Source of the DNA: a bacterium
GTDB lineage: Bacteria; SAR324; XYD2-FULL-50-16; G965216635
Length of the DNA stretch: 64,000 bases
Direction: 5' to 3'
NCBI GenBank assembly: GCA_965216635.1
Contig: OZ244188.1
Location: forward strand, 1,216,001-1,280,000
Positions 17,338 to 27,881 of this stretch are shown one piece after another (position 1 is the stretch's first letter; the number at the start of each line of letters is the position of its first letter). Below the pieces are notes generated by a model. That model was given only the letters and a program-made list of their open reading frames with translations. It made no database searches and had not been told where the DNA came from. A program made the position numbers and the translations under genes.

Positions 17338-18268
17338 TTTTTTTTTTTGTGAGAATTTTAAACAAAGCCATCCTGACATAAAGTCCATTTTTTACCTGTT
17401 CAAAGTATTTGGCTCTAGGATCTAGGTCTATTTCTGGACTAATTTCATCTACTCTCGGCAAGGGGTGTAGTATGATAGCTTTGGATTTTAGAAGTTTTAT
17501 ATTTTGAGAGTTCAGAATAATTTTACCTTTAGCCTGTTCGTATTCCTCTGGATTGTGAAATCTTTCTTTTTGGATTCGGGTAATATAACAAATATCTGTT
17601 TCTGCTAATACTTCTTCTATTTCTTCTGTTTCAAAAAAAGAGATTTTCTTTTGCTTTAAATCAGCTTTTATGGAGGGACTGATTTTAGAGTTTGGCGGGC
17701 TAACAAAAAAAAATTTATTCCCTGAAAACTTACTCAGCAAATGAATTAAAGAATTGCAAGTTCGTCCCCGTAATAAATCTCCTACAATGGTAATATTGAG
17801 GCCCGACAAAGAAGAGAAATAAGATTCTATGGTGTAGGTATCTAGCAAAGTTTGAGTGGGGTGGTAAGCACGTCCCGAACCTGCGTTGATGATGGGGACA
17901 GCGGATCCTTTTGTGATTTTATCAATATCATCCTCGTAGTGCCGTAAAATAATAAAATCAGCGTAATGAGAAATCACCCGTATGGTATCCTCTAAAGTTT
18001 CTCCCTTAGTCGCCGAAGAAAATTGACTAGCATTTTCTGTAGTAATACAACTACCGCCAAGTTTAATCATAGCGCTTTCAAAAGACATCCTAGTTCTAGT
18101 AGAGGCTTCATAAAATAGCATAGCTGCTATTTTTCCTCGCAGGTCGTCTTTGAAAGCAAGGGGCTCTTTTTTGATTCTTTCCGTCAAATCAAAAAGCTCT
18201 TTTAAAAAATCCACCCCGAATTGATGGGATTTTATTATATGTTGGTAGGGACTTATTTCGTTATCCAT
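17327..18268 (-). CDS. pyrB: Aspartate carbamoyltransferase catalytic subunit
   Basis: FYEASTRTRMSF, HPTQTLLD, HPLPR. Confidence 0.97.
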   Translation of the reverse strand: MDNEISPYQHIIKSHQFGVDFLKELFDLTERIKKEPLAFKDDLRGKIAAMLFYEASTRTRMSFESAMIKLGGSCITTENASQFSSATKGETLEDTIRVISHYADFIILRHYEDDIDKITKGSAVPIINAGSGRAYHPTQTLLDTYTIESYFSSLSGLNITIVGDLLRGRTCNSLIHLLSKFSGNKFFFVSPPNSKISPSIKADLKQKKISFFETEEIEEVLAETDICYITRIQKERFHNPEEYEQAKGKIILNSQNIKLLKSKAIILHPLPRVDEISPEIDLDPRAKYFEQVKNGLYVRMALFKILTKKKNEF

Positions 18269-19280
18269 AAATCAAATCTCGTATAAGTTTAGGACCTTGA
18301 TAGATAAATCCAGTATAAATTTGAAATTCACGGATAGCAAAGAGTTTTTTATATTCCAAAATTTGATTGCGACTAGATATTCCACCGCAAGCTATAATTT
18401 TCCAGTTTTTATGTGAGTATTTTTCTTGTATTATATTCCACAAATTTTGAATAAGTTTGTAAGATAAAGGAGCAAGCAATTCACCACTCAGACCTCCTTT
18501 ATAACACGGGTGTGCTTGGTAAGAGTGCTGCCTACTACTATTGCCAGCCACAAAACCAGTCAATGGATAACTCGCGGAGGATGACGAGGCACAAATTTCT
18601 AAAAACAGAATTAAATCTTTTTTTTCTAGATCAGGGGATAGTTTAAAGTATATTTCTTTTCTCCATTTTTTGCTAAATACAGCTTTTATGATCTCTGCTA
18701 ATTCTCTGGAGGTATTTTTTGAATTTAGGTTAGGACAAGAAATGTTAATTTCCCACCTGTCTCCAAAGTCTTTTAAAACATTCATTGCTTCTAAAATAGA
18801 AGTAGATTGGTTTGTTGCTTGCGGATGACTTGCTATACTGATAGTGACAGGCGAAGAATATGAAATTTTCATTCTTTTCAAATTTTCTGCTATCTGTTTC
18901 ACTCCTACATTAGGTAAGCCCAACCAATTCAGCGTAGAAAGATGCTCTCTTAGTCTCAAAGCTCTAAATTTTGTAGGGTTTCCCAAACAAGGACCCGCAG
19001 TTATGCTACCTACGACTATTCTATCAAAACCAAGATAGCGAAAAAAACGACTAGGAATATTAGCGTCTTTATTCCAACCAGCAGCATTGGAAATTACAAA
19101 ATCTTTTTTATCTAAACTCTTATCGTAAAGCAAAAATTTTGTTAGCTTTAAAGTATCTAAAAGACGGGTCGTAGAAACCATAGATTGATGCGAGTTTTCT
19201 ATATCTTCTTCTTTAAGAAAATGCACATCTCTCCACAATGGATAGATAAAATTTTCTAAAATGCGTCTAGCTAGTTTCAT
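18261..19280 (-). CDS. pyrD: Dihydroorotate dehydrogenase (divergent)
   Basis: NAAGWNK, NISCPN, KLSPD, GGLSG, GGI, QIYTGFIYQGP. Confidence 0.85.
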   Translation of the reverse strand: MKLARRILENFIYPLWRDVHFLKEEDIENSHQSMVSTTRLLDTLKLTKFLLYDKSLDKKDFVISNAAGWNKDANIPSRFFRYLGFDRIVVGSITAGPCLGNPTKFRALRLREHLSTLNWLGLPNVGVKQIAENLKRMKISYSSPVTISIASHPQATNQSTSILEAMNVLKDFGDRWEINISCPNLNSKNTSRELAEIIKAVFSKKWRKEIYFKLSPDLEKKDLILFLEICASSSSASYPLTGFVAGNSSRQHSYQAHPCYKGGLSGELLAPLSYKLIQNLWNIIQEKYSHKNWKIIACGGISSRNQILEYKKLFAIREFQIYTGFIYQGPKLIRDLIYG

Positions 19281-19577
19281 AAGGTGGTTCTTGCATATCT
19301 CTTTTCATAAGGTAATTTTTTAGGCATACCTTTTTTCCCATTGTTGAGAATGCTGAATTAGGCAAAAATTTGTAAAAAAGCGGGTATCTTTGACAATAGA
19401 GTAATTTATTTTTAATAGGTTGTCACTACAAATTTTTAGCTGTATTTGTGAGACGACGAGGCAGTTTTTCAGCAATTCTGCTTTTTGGTTGTTTTTGCGG
19501 GGACACATTTTTTGCTTATTTAACCATTTTGGGCAAAAAAAATGTCCCCTGCAGTTTTGTAGTGTTTTTTACTACGA

Positions 19578-20978
19578 TTAAAAACTCAAGTGGAGGGAGA
19601 GGCTGATTACGAGGGGTGCTTTGAGCTCGGCGTCGGTCTCTGTGGTTGTGGTTGTCTGAGTTTCTGTGGCTCCTGCTGGAATCTGGATTTTATTTATATA
19701 TACAGTTCTGCTGTGGACTTGGGTTACTTGCGATCTATGATCGCGTAGAAAAGTTCCGAAGTCTTCTTTGTAGTATGCTCTGACATTAGGGCTAATACGT
19801 ACCCCTATCAATACTGAATCGCCGGGTTCGGTCTGTGTTTCTTCAAAAGGGCGTAACACACTGGGAGTAGTAGTATTATTATTAGTAGTAGTATTATTAG
19901 TAGTAACACTACTTTTTAGAGAAACCCCCGAGATATACTTCGTCAAGCCAAAATTAAGCGACAGGTTGGAGGTTAAGTTTTTCTTATAGCCGACTCTAAG
20001 CGCTGGGCTTGTGGCAGAGCCGCTGGCAGAGCCATTGGTAAGCTTCATACTCGCTAGACCGCCACCTACAAAAAAATCCTCGTTAAAAAAATAATCCGCC
20101 ATAACTACTGTATTGGCGAGTTCGTTAGCTCCCCCCTTGCCAGTAAAGTGCGTCAAGGAGGCTCTCCATTTTTCCCCTCGCCAGCCGAATTGCAGACCAA
20201 TACCAGAAAGTTTATTGCTCTTGCTACTAGTGTTTGTTCTTGGAGCCGCAGGTACAGAAGTTAGAGTTGGATCTGAATCTGGAGTCGCAATCTGATAGTT
20301 TGGAATAGTGGTTCTATCGGAGGAAAGATCACCGAAAAAGTAAGTTAAACAATAACTAGTATCTTGTCCATTATTTCCTGTTCCAGAAGGAAATTTACTA
20401 ACCATCGTGCCAGGTCCAGCCCCTGTGGTGGTCACACTAGTCCCTTCACCTTTACTTGTACCTTCATCAAAGGAGTGCAAGGAAGTACGGTCTAAAGTGT
20501 AAGCTATACCATCCGTTGTAACAGTTGTGGCTCCTGTTTTACAATTTGCTTTCAAAAGAGCTTCTATTCCATTACTACGAACAACACCACTAATCGGAGC
20601 ATCAAAAACCTCATCTGCGTTTACTGTTATCTCTGATGTGATTGCTCCATAGCCGTTATTGCCACTACTTCTATCGATTCTATAGCCTGTAGTAGTAGCG
20701 TCAGTATAGGTTGTGCTATTTGTGGTGACAAGTTTTGTGGTATCTACTTTAAAACCATTTAAATAGACAAAACCCGCGAAAAATCCCGATTTTGTATTAT
20801 TTTGAACCGCTTGTGCCTGCAGATTGCTGCCTCCAAAAGTAAAGGCGCTTCCTATAAGAAGAGCGGGAATAAGAATAGCTGCCAAAACAAAACGAACCAA
20901 AGTAAAACGAGCCAAAACGAAACGAACGTGCGAAAAAGCGAAAGTTTTCCTTAAAACTTGGGAATTTATGTTTTTCAT
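19578..20978 (-). CDS. Outer-membrane beta-barrel protein with large Thr/Ser-rich inserted loops
   Basis: Extended signal peptide, amphipathic strands GIGLQFGW/FFVGGGL/LRVGYKK, C-terminal beta-signal LSLHLSF. Confidence 0.7.
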   Translation of the reverse strand: MKNINSQVLRKTFAFSHVRFVLARFTLVRFVLAAILIPALLIGSAFTFGGSNLQAQAVQNNTKSGFFAGFVYLNGFKVDTTKLVTTNSTTYTDATTTGYRIDRSSGNNGYGAITSEITVNADEVFDAPISGVVRSNGIEALLKANCKTGATTVTTDGIAYTLDRTSLHSFDEGTSKGEGTSVTTTGAGPGTMVSKFPSGTGNNGQDTSYCLTYFFGDLSSDRTTIPNYQIATPDSDPTLTSVPAAPRTNTSSKSNKLSGIGLQFGWRGEKWRASLTHFTGKGGANELANTVVMADYFFNEDFFVGGGLASMKLTNGSASGSATSPALRVGYKKNLTSNLSLNFGLTKYISGVSLKSSVTTNNTTTNNNTTTPSVLRPFEETQTEPGDSVLIGVRISPNVRAYYKEDFGTFLRDHRSQVTQVHSRTVYINKIQIPAGATETQTTTTTETDAELKAPLVISLSLHLSF

Positions 20979-21013
20979 AATTATTTGTAATGAAAAAGTT
21001 AGTGTTAAAATAA

Positions 21014-21232
21014 AAATTAACAGAAAAAAATAATTTTGTCAATATATTTTTTTGGCTATTGGCAGTTTTTTTTTCTGACTATTTCTTATAAAGAATAATT
21101 ACAGAAAAACACTTTATTGTCAATAGTATTTAGTGGCTATTGGCAGTTTTTTTCTCTTTCTAGCTATTTTTTATTAGAATCACAGAAAAACACTTTATTG
21201 TCAATATTCTATTGGCTATTGGCAGTTTATTT
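21014..21232 (-). promoter_or_regulatory. Three tandem 81-bp units, each with a TTGACA -35 box, upstream of the beta-barrel gene
   Basis: TGTCAA on + strand at 21037, 21118 and 21199, each followed by TGGCTATTGGCAGTTT; the proximal unit reads TTGACA-N17-TAATTT on the - strand. Confidence 0.7.
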
Positions 21233-21249
21233 TTCTATTTTAATTGTTT

Positions 21250-22683
21250 TTAGATGGTGATTTTTTTTGGCATTTCTTTAGTATCAAAACAATTTCCATT
21301 CACAACAGTCATTAAATTTTTACCGTATAAATTTTTGCGGTGCAAAAAACCTGAGTGGTATTCTTTGTCTTGTAGGTTTTGAGACATTTTTTTTTCATTT
21401 AATATGCAAGCCTTTGAGGTATCAAAAACCCTAAAATTTGCCATATTCCCAGTTTTGATAGAGCCTACAGGGTAGGCAAAATTAAAGTATTTTTTCATAA
21501 ATTTTAAAATATGCTCCTGTGGATTATAACTTGCCAATCTATCTACTTCTAAAAGATCAAAATTCCAGCGAGATATTAACTGTTGTAGTAAAACACCGTA
21601 AATTTCTAAACAACGGGTGCCGGGGGAACTAGGTAGTCCGTTTTTCCATTGTTTTGCTTGTTTGGAATGCGGGGCGTGATCTGAGCCTATCCAAATATTT
21701 TCTTGGTTTGCTGTTTTTTTAAGCTGCTCTATCAGATATTGTTGCTCTTTTTTAGGGGTATGGGCGGGTCTGCGGTAGTTAAGAAAGCGAGCTTCATCTG
21801 TTTTATCTTCTTGACAGGTAACTAAGTAATCTAAACCAATTTCTATTTCTAAATTTACTTTTCCTCTTTTTTGAAAATCTAAGGCTTGTCGTAGAGCCGA
21901 ACCAGAAGGAATGTGCATTGGAATTAGACTGGCGAGATGGTGTTTTTCTGCCATCCGAAAAACCATTTCTTGTTCTTCTAGCACTAAGGAATGATGAAAA
22001 TAATCGTCGTGTAACAAAGCTGGATTTTTTCCTTTGTAGCTTTTAGCAAATTCTGCCAAACTTATTTCTGCTGGAGCTCTGTCGTTATGAAAACGAATAG
22101 CAGCTTTAGAATGCAATTTATAAATTTTTTCTCTGCTAGCAAAAGAAATATTTTCTGCACCAAAGGTAGTGCCAAAATCTTTGACGCACTGCCCAGCTAT
22201 TGGTGCTTCTTGGGGATGAGCGTAGTGCCAAAGATGAATATAAATGGGATGTTTAATGGAATCTAAAAGGTGGCTTTGATATTGCTGAGTTGTTTTTTCC
22301 CATATTTTTTCGTCTGCTGCTGGGAATGCTGTATTACTCATCGCCCCCACTAACCAAACTCCTCCTTTCAAAGCGGCTAAAATTCCTTGTTTAACTCCAT
22401 AGTTTTTTCTCTCAAGCCAAATAGCTTGCACTAGATCTTGGTGTTTTTTTTTGACGATACCTTTCTGGTAATACTCTTCCCACTCCGAATAGGTTGGAAT
22501 ATAGCTTTCTCTAAAATGCACATGCGGGTCTGCAATGGCTGGAGCAATATCTATTTCTTTTAAATCTAAATCGCAGGCACCCTCGTAGGGCAACAGTTCT
22601 AAAGGCTCACCACTAGCAAAACGAATCCTAGCTGGCACGACTTCGTTTACAAAATGGATTTTTTTACTTTTGAGAATAGTCAT
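21250..22683 (-). CDS. pyrC: Dihydroorotase-like amidohydrolase (divergent)
   Basis: DPHVHFRE, AALKGG..MSNT, GSDHAPH; lies next to pyrD/B/F. Confidence 0.75.
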   Translation of the reverse strand: MTILKSKKIHFVNEVVPARIRFASGEPLELLPYEGACDLDLKEIDIAPAIADPHVHFRESYIPTYSEWEEYYQKGIVKKKHQDLVQAIWLERKNYGVKQGILAALKGGVWLVGAMSNTAFPAADEKIWEKTTQQYQSHLLDSIKHPIYIHLWHYAHPQEAPIAGQCVKDFGTTFGAENISFASREKIYKLHSKAAIRFHNDRAPAEISLAEFAKSYKGKNPALLHDDYFHHSLVLEEQEMVFRMAEKHHLASLIPMHIPSGSALRQALDFQKRGKVNLEIEIGLDYLVTCQEDKTDEARFLNYRRPAHTPKKEQQYLIEQLKKTANQENIWIGSDHAPHSKQAKQWKNGLPSSPGTRCLEIYGVLLQQLISRWNFDLLEVDRLASYNPQEHILKFMKKYFNFAYPVGSIKTGNMANFRVFDTSKACILNEKKMSQNLQDKEYHSGFLHRKNLYGKNLMTVVNGNCFDTKEMPKKITI

Positions 22684-22687
22684 ACTA

Positions 22688-22720
22688 TTTGCTATTATTT
22701 GCTATTATTTGCTATTATTT
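22688..22720. repeat. 10-bp tandem repeat (TTTGCTATTA) x3 immediately upstream of pyrC
   Basis: Seen directly in sequence. Confidence 0.85.
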
Positions 22721-22800
22721 ATATTAGGGTATAGTATAGCTATAATATCTTATTTTTGTAGAATTTCTTTAAAATTTAGTTCTAGTGTTAAACTACAAAA

Positions 22801-22875
22801 CGGGGTGTAGCACAGTCTGGTTAGCGCACCTGCTTTGGGAGCAGGGAGTCGGAGGTTCGAATCCTCTCACCCCGA
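22801..22875 (+). tRNA. tRNA-Pro(TGG)
   Basis: Cloverleaf; anticodon arm CCTGC-TT-TGG-GA-GCAGG; GGTTCGAATC. Confidence 0.95.
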
Positions 22876-22946
22876 TAGTAGAAATGGTTGGATAGATTAA
22901 TTAAATTAGATAGATTACTAGGCAAACATTGGGTTTAATAAAAAAA

Positions 22947-23020
22947 GCACCTGTAGCTCAGCTGGATAGAGCAACTGACTTCTAATCAGTAGGTCAGAGG
23001 TTCAAATCCTCTCAGGTGCG
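22947..23020 (+). tRNA. tRNA-Arg(TCT)
   Basis: Anticodon arm ACTGA-CT-TCT-AA-TCAGT. Confidence 0.95.
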
Positions 23021-23048
23021 CTTTGTTTCCTAATAATGTTTAGTTTAC

Positions 23049-23122
23049 GGCGGACGTAGCTCAGTTGGTAGAGCGCTGGATTGTGATTCCAGTGGTCGCG
23101 AGTTCAAGCCTCGTCGTTCGCC
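23049..23122 (+). tRNA. tRNA-His(GTG)
   Basis: Encoded G-1; anticodon arm CTGGA-TT-GTG-AT-TCCAG. Confidence 0.95.
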
Positions 23123-23129
23123 CGTTTGA

Positions 23130-23203
23130 GCGCCTGTAGCTCAGCTGGATAGAGCAGTGGACTTCGAATCCAAAGGTCACAGGTTCGAATCCTGTCAGGC
23201 GCG
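23130..23203 (+). tRNA. tRNA-Arg(TCG)
   Basis: Anticodon arm TGGA-CT-TCG-AA-TCCA. Confidence 0.93.
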
Positions 23204-23219
23204 CGATTTTTTGTACAAT

Positions 23220-23305
23220 GCGAGAGTGGCGGAACTAGGTAGACGCGCTAGATTTAGGATCTAGTATCTTCGGATGTGGGGGTTCGATTCCCTCCTCTCG
23301 CACCA
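23220..23305 (+). tRNA. tRNA-Leu(TAG)
   Basis: Anticodon arm CTAGA-TT-TAG-GA-TCTAG, long variable arm, encoded CCA. Confidence 0.95.
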
Positions 23306-23352
23306 TAATTTTGAGATTATTTTGACAAGGATAACAAAGTTTAATAGCATAA

Positions 23353-23466
23353 AACACTCAATTTGTTTTTCACTTAAAAGAAAAAGACATTCCTATCCGC
23401 GTTGTTAAACAAACAATAAAACATTTAGGGATTTCTGAAAAAGAATTTTTTAAAAACCTAACATAG
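23353..23466 (+). pseudogene. HicA-like toxin C-terminal remnant
   Basis: FVFHLKEKDIPIRVVKQTIKHLGISEKEFFKNL with no start codon in frame. Confidence 0.45.
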
Positions 23467-23532
23467 TCAAACAAAGTTTTATTGACAACTCAATTTCGCT
23501 CTTAAAAGCAAAAAATTTAAAAAAAAATTAGA

Positions 23533-25032
23533 ATGAAATCAGAAATCATATCCACAAAGGGCTTAAAAAGAGAGCTCAAAGTTATAGTTCCTGCGTCTGT
23601 TGTTAAAGAAACCTCAGACAAATTGTATCAAAACTTGAAAAATAAGGTGTCTATTAAAGGTTTTCGTAAAGGTAAATATCCAAAATCTTTACTGGAAAAA
23701 AGATTTTCGGAAAATATTCAGCAAGAAATGAAACAAGAAATTGTGCCAGAATATCTCACCCAAGCGTTACAAGAACATAAATTGAGAGCGGTGACCCAAC
23801 CTAAAATAGATGCTAAAGAAGTATTAAAAAATCAGTCTTTTGAATTTATGGCTTCGTTTGAAATTTTCCCAGAGTTTCCGATTCCAGATTTTAAAAAAAA
23901 AATCCAATTGAAAACAGCAAATATAAAAATACCACCTCAAGAAATAAAAAATTACGCCAATCTTATCAGTTTGCAAAATACTCAATACGAAGAAAAAATA
24001 AGGAAAGTTAAGGATAAAGACCAAGTCAATATTCAGCTTCATTTTCAAAAAATAGGAAAAAATAAAGAAGATAAAAAAGTGCATATTTTCTATTATGTGG
24101 GCTCTAATGAAATATCTGAGGAACTAGATAAGGCTTTAATTGGGATGAAAAAAGAAGAGAAAAAAGAATTGAAACTGAAGGTGTCTCCTCATACTCTTTC
24201 CAGAGATATTGCAGGAAAAGAAATTCAATTGGAAGTTATGCTGCTAGCTGTTGCAGAGCCATTGTCGGTTGTAAAAGACGAGAAATTTTATCAAAAAATA
24301 AACCCTGCACTAAAAAACGCAGCAGAGTTAATGAAGTTTAGTGAAAATTCTTTAAAGATTGCGAGAGAAAAAGATTTAGTAATTCAAGAACAAGAGTTTA
24401 TAAGATCTCAACTTTTAAACCTTATGGATTTTGCAGTCCCAGAAGAATCTCTTCAAGATAAGATAGAAGCTATAGAACAACAAAAAGCGCAAAATAATAA
24501 AACCGCAGATTCACCTAATGATGAAACAGATCCAGATAAGACAGAACCAGATAAGATAGAGCCAAATAAAACAGAGCCAAATAAAACAGAACCAGATAAG
24601 ACAGAGCCAGATAAGACAGAGCCAGATAAGACAGAGCCAGATAAGATAGAGCCAGATAAGACAGAGCCAAATAAGACAGAACCAGATAAAAAAAAACCTG
24701 CAGAACCAAATAAGACAGAACCAGATAAGATAGAGCCAAATAAGACAGAGCCAAATAAGACAGAACCAGAAAAATCTCAAAAGACAAAGCAAGAAGCGTT
24801 AGATAGTTTGAGGTATCAATTTTTGATGGCTAAAATAATAGAAGAAAAAAAAATTCAGGTAAGCAACGAAGAAATGGACGAAGGCATAAGGCAAATGGCT
24901 AAATCTTACGGGATAACCTCTGCTCAACTCATGCAAGATGAGTATGGCAAGAAGTTATCAAATATACTTCGCAATCAGCTAGAAGAAAATAAAGTTTTAG
25001 ATTTTATTAGAAAAGAAGCCACACGAGTCTAA
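23533..25032 (+). CDS. tig: Trigger factor
   Basis: [10 protein letters not shown] ribosome-binding signature; upstream of clpP/clpX. Confidence 0.93.
   Translation: MKSEIISTKGLKRELKVIVPASVVKETSDKLYQNLKNKVSIKGFRKGKYPKSLLEKRFSENIQQEMKQEIVPEYLTQALQEHKLRAVTQPKIDAKEVLKNQSFEFMASFEIFPEFPIPDFKKKIQLKTANIKIPPQEIKNYANLISLQNTQYEEKIRKVKDKDQVNIQLHFQKIGKNKEDKKVHIFYYVGSNEISEELDKALIGMKKEEKKELKLKVSPHTLSRDIAGKEIQLEVMLLAVAEPLSVVKDEKFYQKINPALKNAAELMKFSENSLKIAREKDLVIQEQEFIRSQLLNLMDFAVPEESLQDKIEAIEQQKAQNNKTADSPNDETDPDKTEPDKIEPNKTEPNKTEPDKTEPDKTEPDKTEPDKIEPDKTEPNKTEPDKKKPAEPNKTEPDKIEPNKTEPNKTEPEKSQKTKQEALDSLRYQFLMAKIIEEKKIQVSNEEMDEGIRQMAKSYGITSAQLMQDEYGKKLSNILRNQLEENKVLDFIRKEATRV
24526..24774 (+). repeat. In-frame 15-nt minisatellite, about 16 units, in tig ([TI]EP[DN]K)
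   Basis: A(C/T)AGA(A/G)CCA(G/A)ATAA(G/A) units with one 9-nt interruption. Confidence 0.95.
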
Positions 25033-25625
25033 TGAATATACCCTATGTAATAGAGCAAAACAACCGTGGTGAAAGAGCCTATGATATTTATTCGCGTCTT
25101 TTAAAGGATAGGATCCTTTTTTTAGGTAGTGATTTAAATTCTTACACTGCGAATCTCATCGTAGCACAAATGCTTTATTTAGAAGCAGACAATCCCGAAG
25201 CAGATATTAGTTTTTATATCAATTCTATGGGAGGGCATATTGCAGACGGGCTAGCGATCTACGATACTATGCAATACATAGAATCCCCTGTGCAGACGAT
25301 TTGTATAGGTAGGGCTTATAATATAGCAGCTTTATTGTTGGCGAGCGGTCAAAAAGGTAAAAGAATTGCTTTAAAAAATGCACAAATCCTACTGCACCAA
25401 CCACTTGGAGATCTGCGTGGGCAAGCGTCCGATATACAGATACAAACCCAAGAGGTGCTTCGTATTAAAGAATCTTTTTCTACAGTTCTAGCACAGCATA
25501 TTGGAAAAAAAATTACTGAAATCAATAAGGATTTAGACAGAGAATTTTATTTGAGTAGCAAAGATGCCTTATCTTATGGTGTTGTGGATAGAGTGATGGA
25601 AAAGCGATTTATTAAAAATAAATGA
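25032..25625 (+). CDS. clpP: ClpP-family subunit, catalytic Ser and Asp substituted
   Basis: [25 protein letters not shown] in place of G.AASM. Confidence 0.9.
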   Translation: MNIPYVIEQNNRGERAYDIYSRLLKDRILFLGSDLNSYTANLIVAQMLYLEADNPEADISFYINSMGGHIADGLAIYDTMQYIESPVQTICIGRAYNIAALLLASGQKGKRIALKNAQILLHQPLGDLRGQASDIQIQTQEVLRIKESFSTVLAQHIGKKITEINKDLDREFYLSSKDALSYGVVDRVMEKRFIKNK

Positions 25626-26863
25626 TAAAAAAAAAAACAATGCACACAAAAAACATACTAAAATCGCAGAGAAAATGCTCCTTTTGTGAAAGACAAGAGA
25701 CAGAAGTAAAGAAAATGATAGCAGGCACGGATGCCTATATCTGTAACGAGTGCGTTAAGTATTGTAGTGATATTTTATACGAGAAAAAACAAACCAAAAA
25801 TTTCGCACTGTTAAAGCCCAAAGAAATTTATCAGAAACTCAACGACTACGTAATCGGACAAAAGGAGACCAAAAAAACATTAGCAGTAGCAGTTTATAAT
25901 CATTTTAAAAAAATTATGCATAATAAAACAGATGTAGAGCTACAAAAATCCAATGTGCTTTTGATGGGTCCTACGGGCAGTGGTAAAACTCTTCTAGTGC
26001 AGACTTTAGCAAATATTTTGAATGTCCCTTTTGCCATCGCCGATGCGACAACTCTTACAGAGGCTGGTTATGTTGGTGAAGATGTAGAAAACATTCTCGT
26101 TAAACTTTATCAAAAAGCAGATTGCAACGTAGAAAAAGCAGCTAAAGGGATTATCTACATAGATGAGATAGATAAAATCGCTCGCAAAAGCGAAAATATG
26201 TCCATTACCCGTGATGTCAGCGGCGAGGGAGTGCAGCAAGCATTACTCAAAATTATTGAAGGCACTAGTGCTAATATTCCTCCTCAAGGAGGAAGAAAAC
26301 ATCCCAATCAAGATTTTATCACTATAGACACAACCAATATTTTATTTATCCTAGGAGGGGCTTTTGTGGGGTTAGAAGAAATCATTAGCCACAGAGTGGG
26401 AGAAAAAAAAATCGGTTTTATCAAAAATCTTAAAAAAGAGAACAAAAAGCAAGAACTATTCAAGCAGGTAGAATACGGGGATTTAGTCAGGTATGGTTTA
26501 ATTCCAGAATTTGTAGGCAGGCTAGCAACAGTGAGCGTTTTGGATAGTTTGAGCGAGACAGATCTAGCCCATGTTTTAACAGAGCCTAAAAACTCTGTTG
26601 TCAAGCAGTACCAAAAATTACTAGAACTAGACGGGGTAGAATTAGAATTTGAACCTGTAGCGATTAAGGAAATAGCCAAAAGTGCTCTTAAGAAAGGAGT
26701 AGGAGCAAGAGGCTTAAAAGCCATTATGGAAAAAATGATGCTAGAATTGATGTTTGTAGCACCTTCCAGTAAAAAAATCCAAAAGATTCTCATCACAAAA
26801 GACTGCATTCAAAAGGAGAGCATACCTGAAATACTACCAGCCACAAGAAAAAGAAAATCGTAA
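25622..26863 (+). CDS. clpX: ATP-dependent Clp protease ATPase ClpX
   Basis: CSFC..CNEC zinc finger, [31 protein letters not shown] loop. Confidence 0.97.
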   Translation: MIKKKTMHTKNILKSQRKCSFCERQETEVKKMIAGTDAYICNECVKYCSDILYEKKQTKNFALLKPKEIYQKLNDYVIGQKETKKTLAVAVYNHFKKIMHNKTDVELQKSNVLLMGPTGSGKTLLVQTLANILNVPFAIADATTLTEAGYVGEDVENILVKLYQKADCNVEKAAKGIIYIDEIDKIARKSENMSITRDVSGEGVQQALLKIIEGTSANIPPQGGRKHPNQDFITIDTTNILFILGGAFVGLEEIISHRVGEKKIGFIKNLKKENKKQELFKQVEYGDLVRYGLIPEFVGRLATVSVLDSLSETDLAHVLTEPKNSVVKQYQKLLELDGVELEFEPVAIKEIAKSALKKGVGARGLKAIMEKMMLELMFVAPSSKKIQKILITKDCIQKESIPEILPATRKRKS

Positions 26864-26948
26864 AATTCACGCCTTGCAAAGAATAGAAAGTTTATGTAAA
26901 GCAGTAAAGGGTAAAAAATTAACCTACAAACAACTTATACAATAAAAT

Positions 26949-27881
26949 ATGAGTAGCGCCTGGGCTGGTTTGCAAAATAATATAGGGATAACAGAAATTC
27001 CACATTATGCAATCAATAAAACAATTCCAGAAGATACTTTTTTTACAGAAAAGAAAGTAGCTTATTCTTGTTTTAATAAATTTAAAGATATTTGTAAGAA
27101 AAATAAAATAAAATTAAAGGATTATTATTTTATAGAGCCTAGCGTCGGGGATGGTTGTTTTTATGATTTACTTCCCAAAAATAAAAAAATAGGAATAGAT
27201 ATAAAAACTAGAAAAGATTATTTTCTAAAAACCGATTTTCTCAAATGGTATCCCGCAAAAGAAAAAAAATATATTGTAATAGGCAATCCACCTTTTGGGG
27301 TGAGAGGAGCATTAGCTCTTGCCTTTATCAAAAGAGCATTCCTTTTTGCTGATATTGTCGCATTTATATTACCTATGTCTTTTTATAGCAATGGTAAGGG
27401 TAGCAATATGAAAAGAGTTGAAAATGCTTTTTTATTACACAACGAAAAGCTGAATAGTAATTCTTTTTATCTGCCAAATACCAATAAAAATATAGGAGTA
27501 AATACCGTTTTTCAGATTTGGAAAAAAGGCAAAAAGAAAAATGTTTTTACTGATTACGATGTTAGTGATTTTGTAGATATTTTTACAGTTTGCTCTTCTC
27601 CTGCAAGACTTTGTGGATTACATAGAATAGGCAAGTATGATTGCTATATTGCGTCTTCTTTTTATAAAGATAAAATAAAAATAGTTAAAACTTTTGAGGA
27701 AGTAAATTATGGTTCTGGTTATGGTATTATTATCAAAAAAGAAAAAGGAAAAATTAAGAAAATTTTAGAAAATACAGATTGGGTTAAATACTGTTCTGAT
27801 GCTACAAACCATTGCAAGCATATAAGAATGTTTCATATTAGAAAATGCCTATTTAATAATGGAATAGGTATAAAGTTATGA
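26949..27881 (+). CDS. Amino (likely N6-adenine) DNA methyltransferase of a type II RM pair
   Basis: FIEPSVGDGCF (motif I), IGNPPFG (motif IV). Confidence 0.85.
   Translation: MSSAWAGLQNNIGITEIPHYAINKTIPEDTFFTEKKVAYSCFNKFKDICKKNKIKLKDYYFIEPSVGDGCFYDLLPKNKKIGIDIKTRKDYFLKTDFLKWYPAKEKKYIVIGNPPFGVRGALALAFIKRAFLFADIVAFILPMSFYSNGKGSNMKRVENAFLLHNEKLNSNSFYLPNTNKNIGVNTVFQIWKKGKKKNVFTDYDVSDFVDIFTVCSSPARLCGLHRIGKYDCYIASSFYKDKIKIVKTFEEVNYGSGYGIIIKKEKGKIKKILENTDWVKYCSDATNHCKHIRMFHIRKCLFNNGIGIKL

Noticed and set aside
17338..17388. pyrF start at 17388 as given in the ORF track
   Set aside because: It would overlap pyrB by 62 nt; the ATG at 17337 fits better.
24511..24792. Hydrophobic antisense ORFs (CLIWL / LSYLA repeats)
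   Set aside because: Antisense read-through of the tig minisatellite, with no independent evidence of expression.
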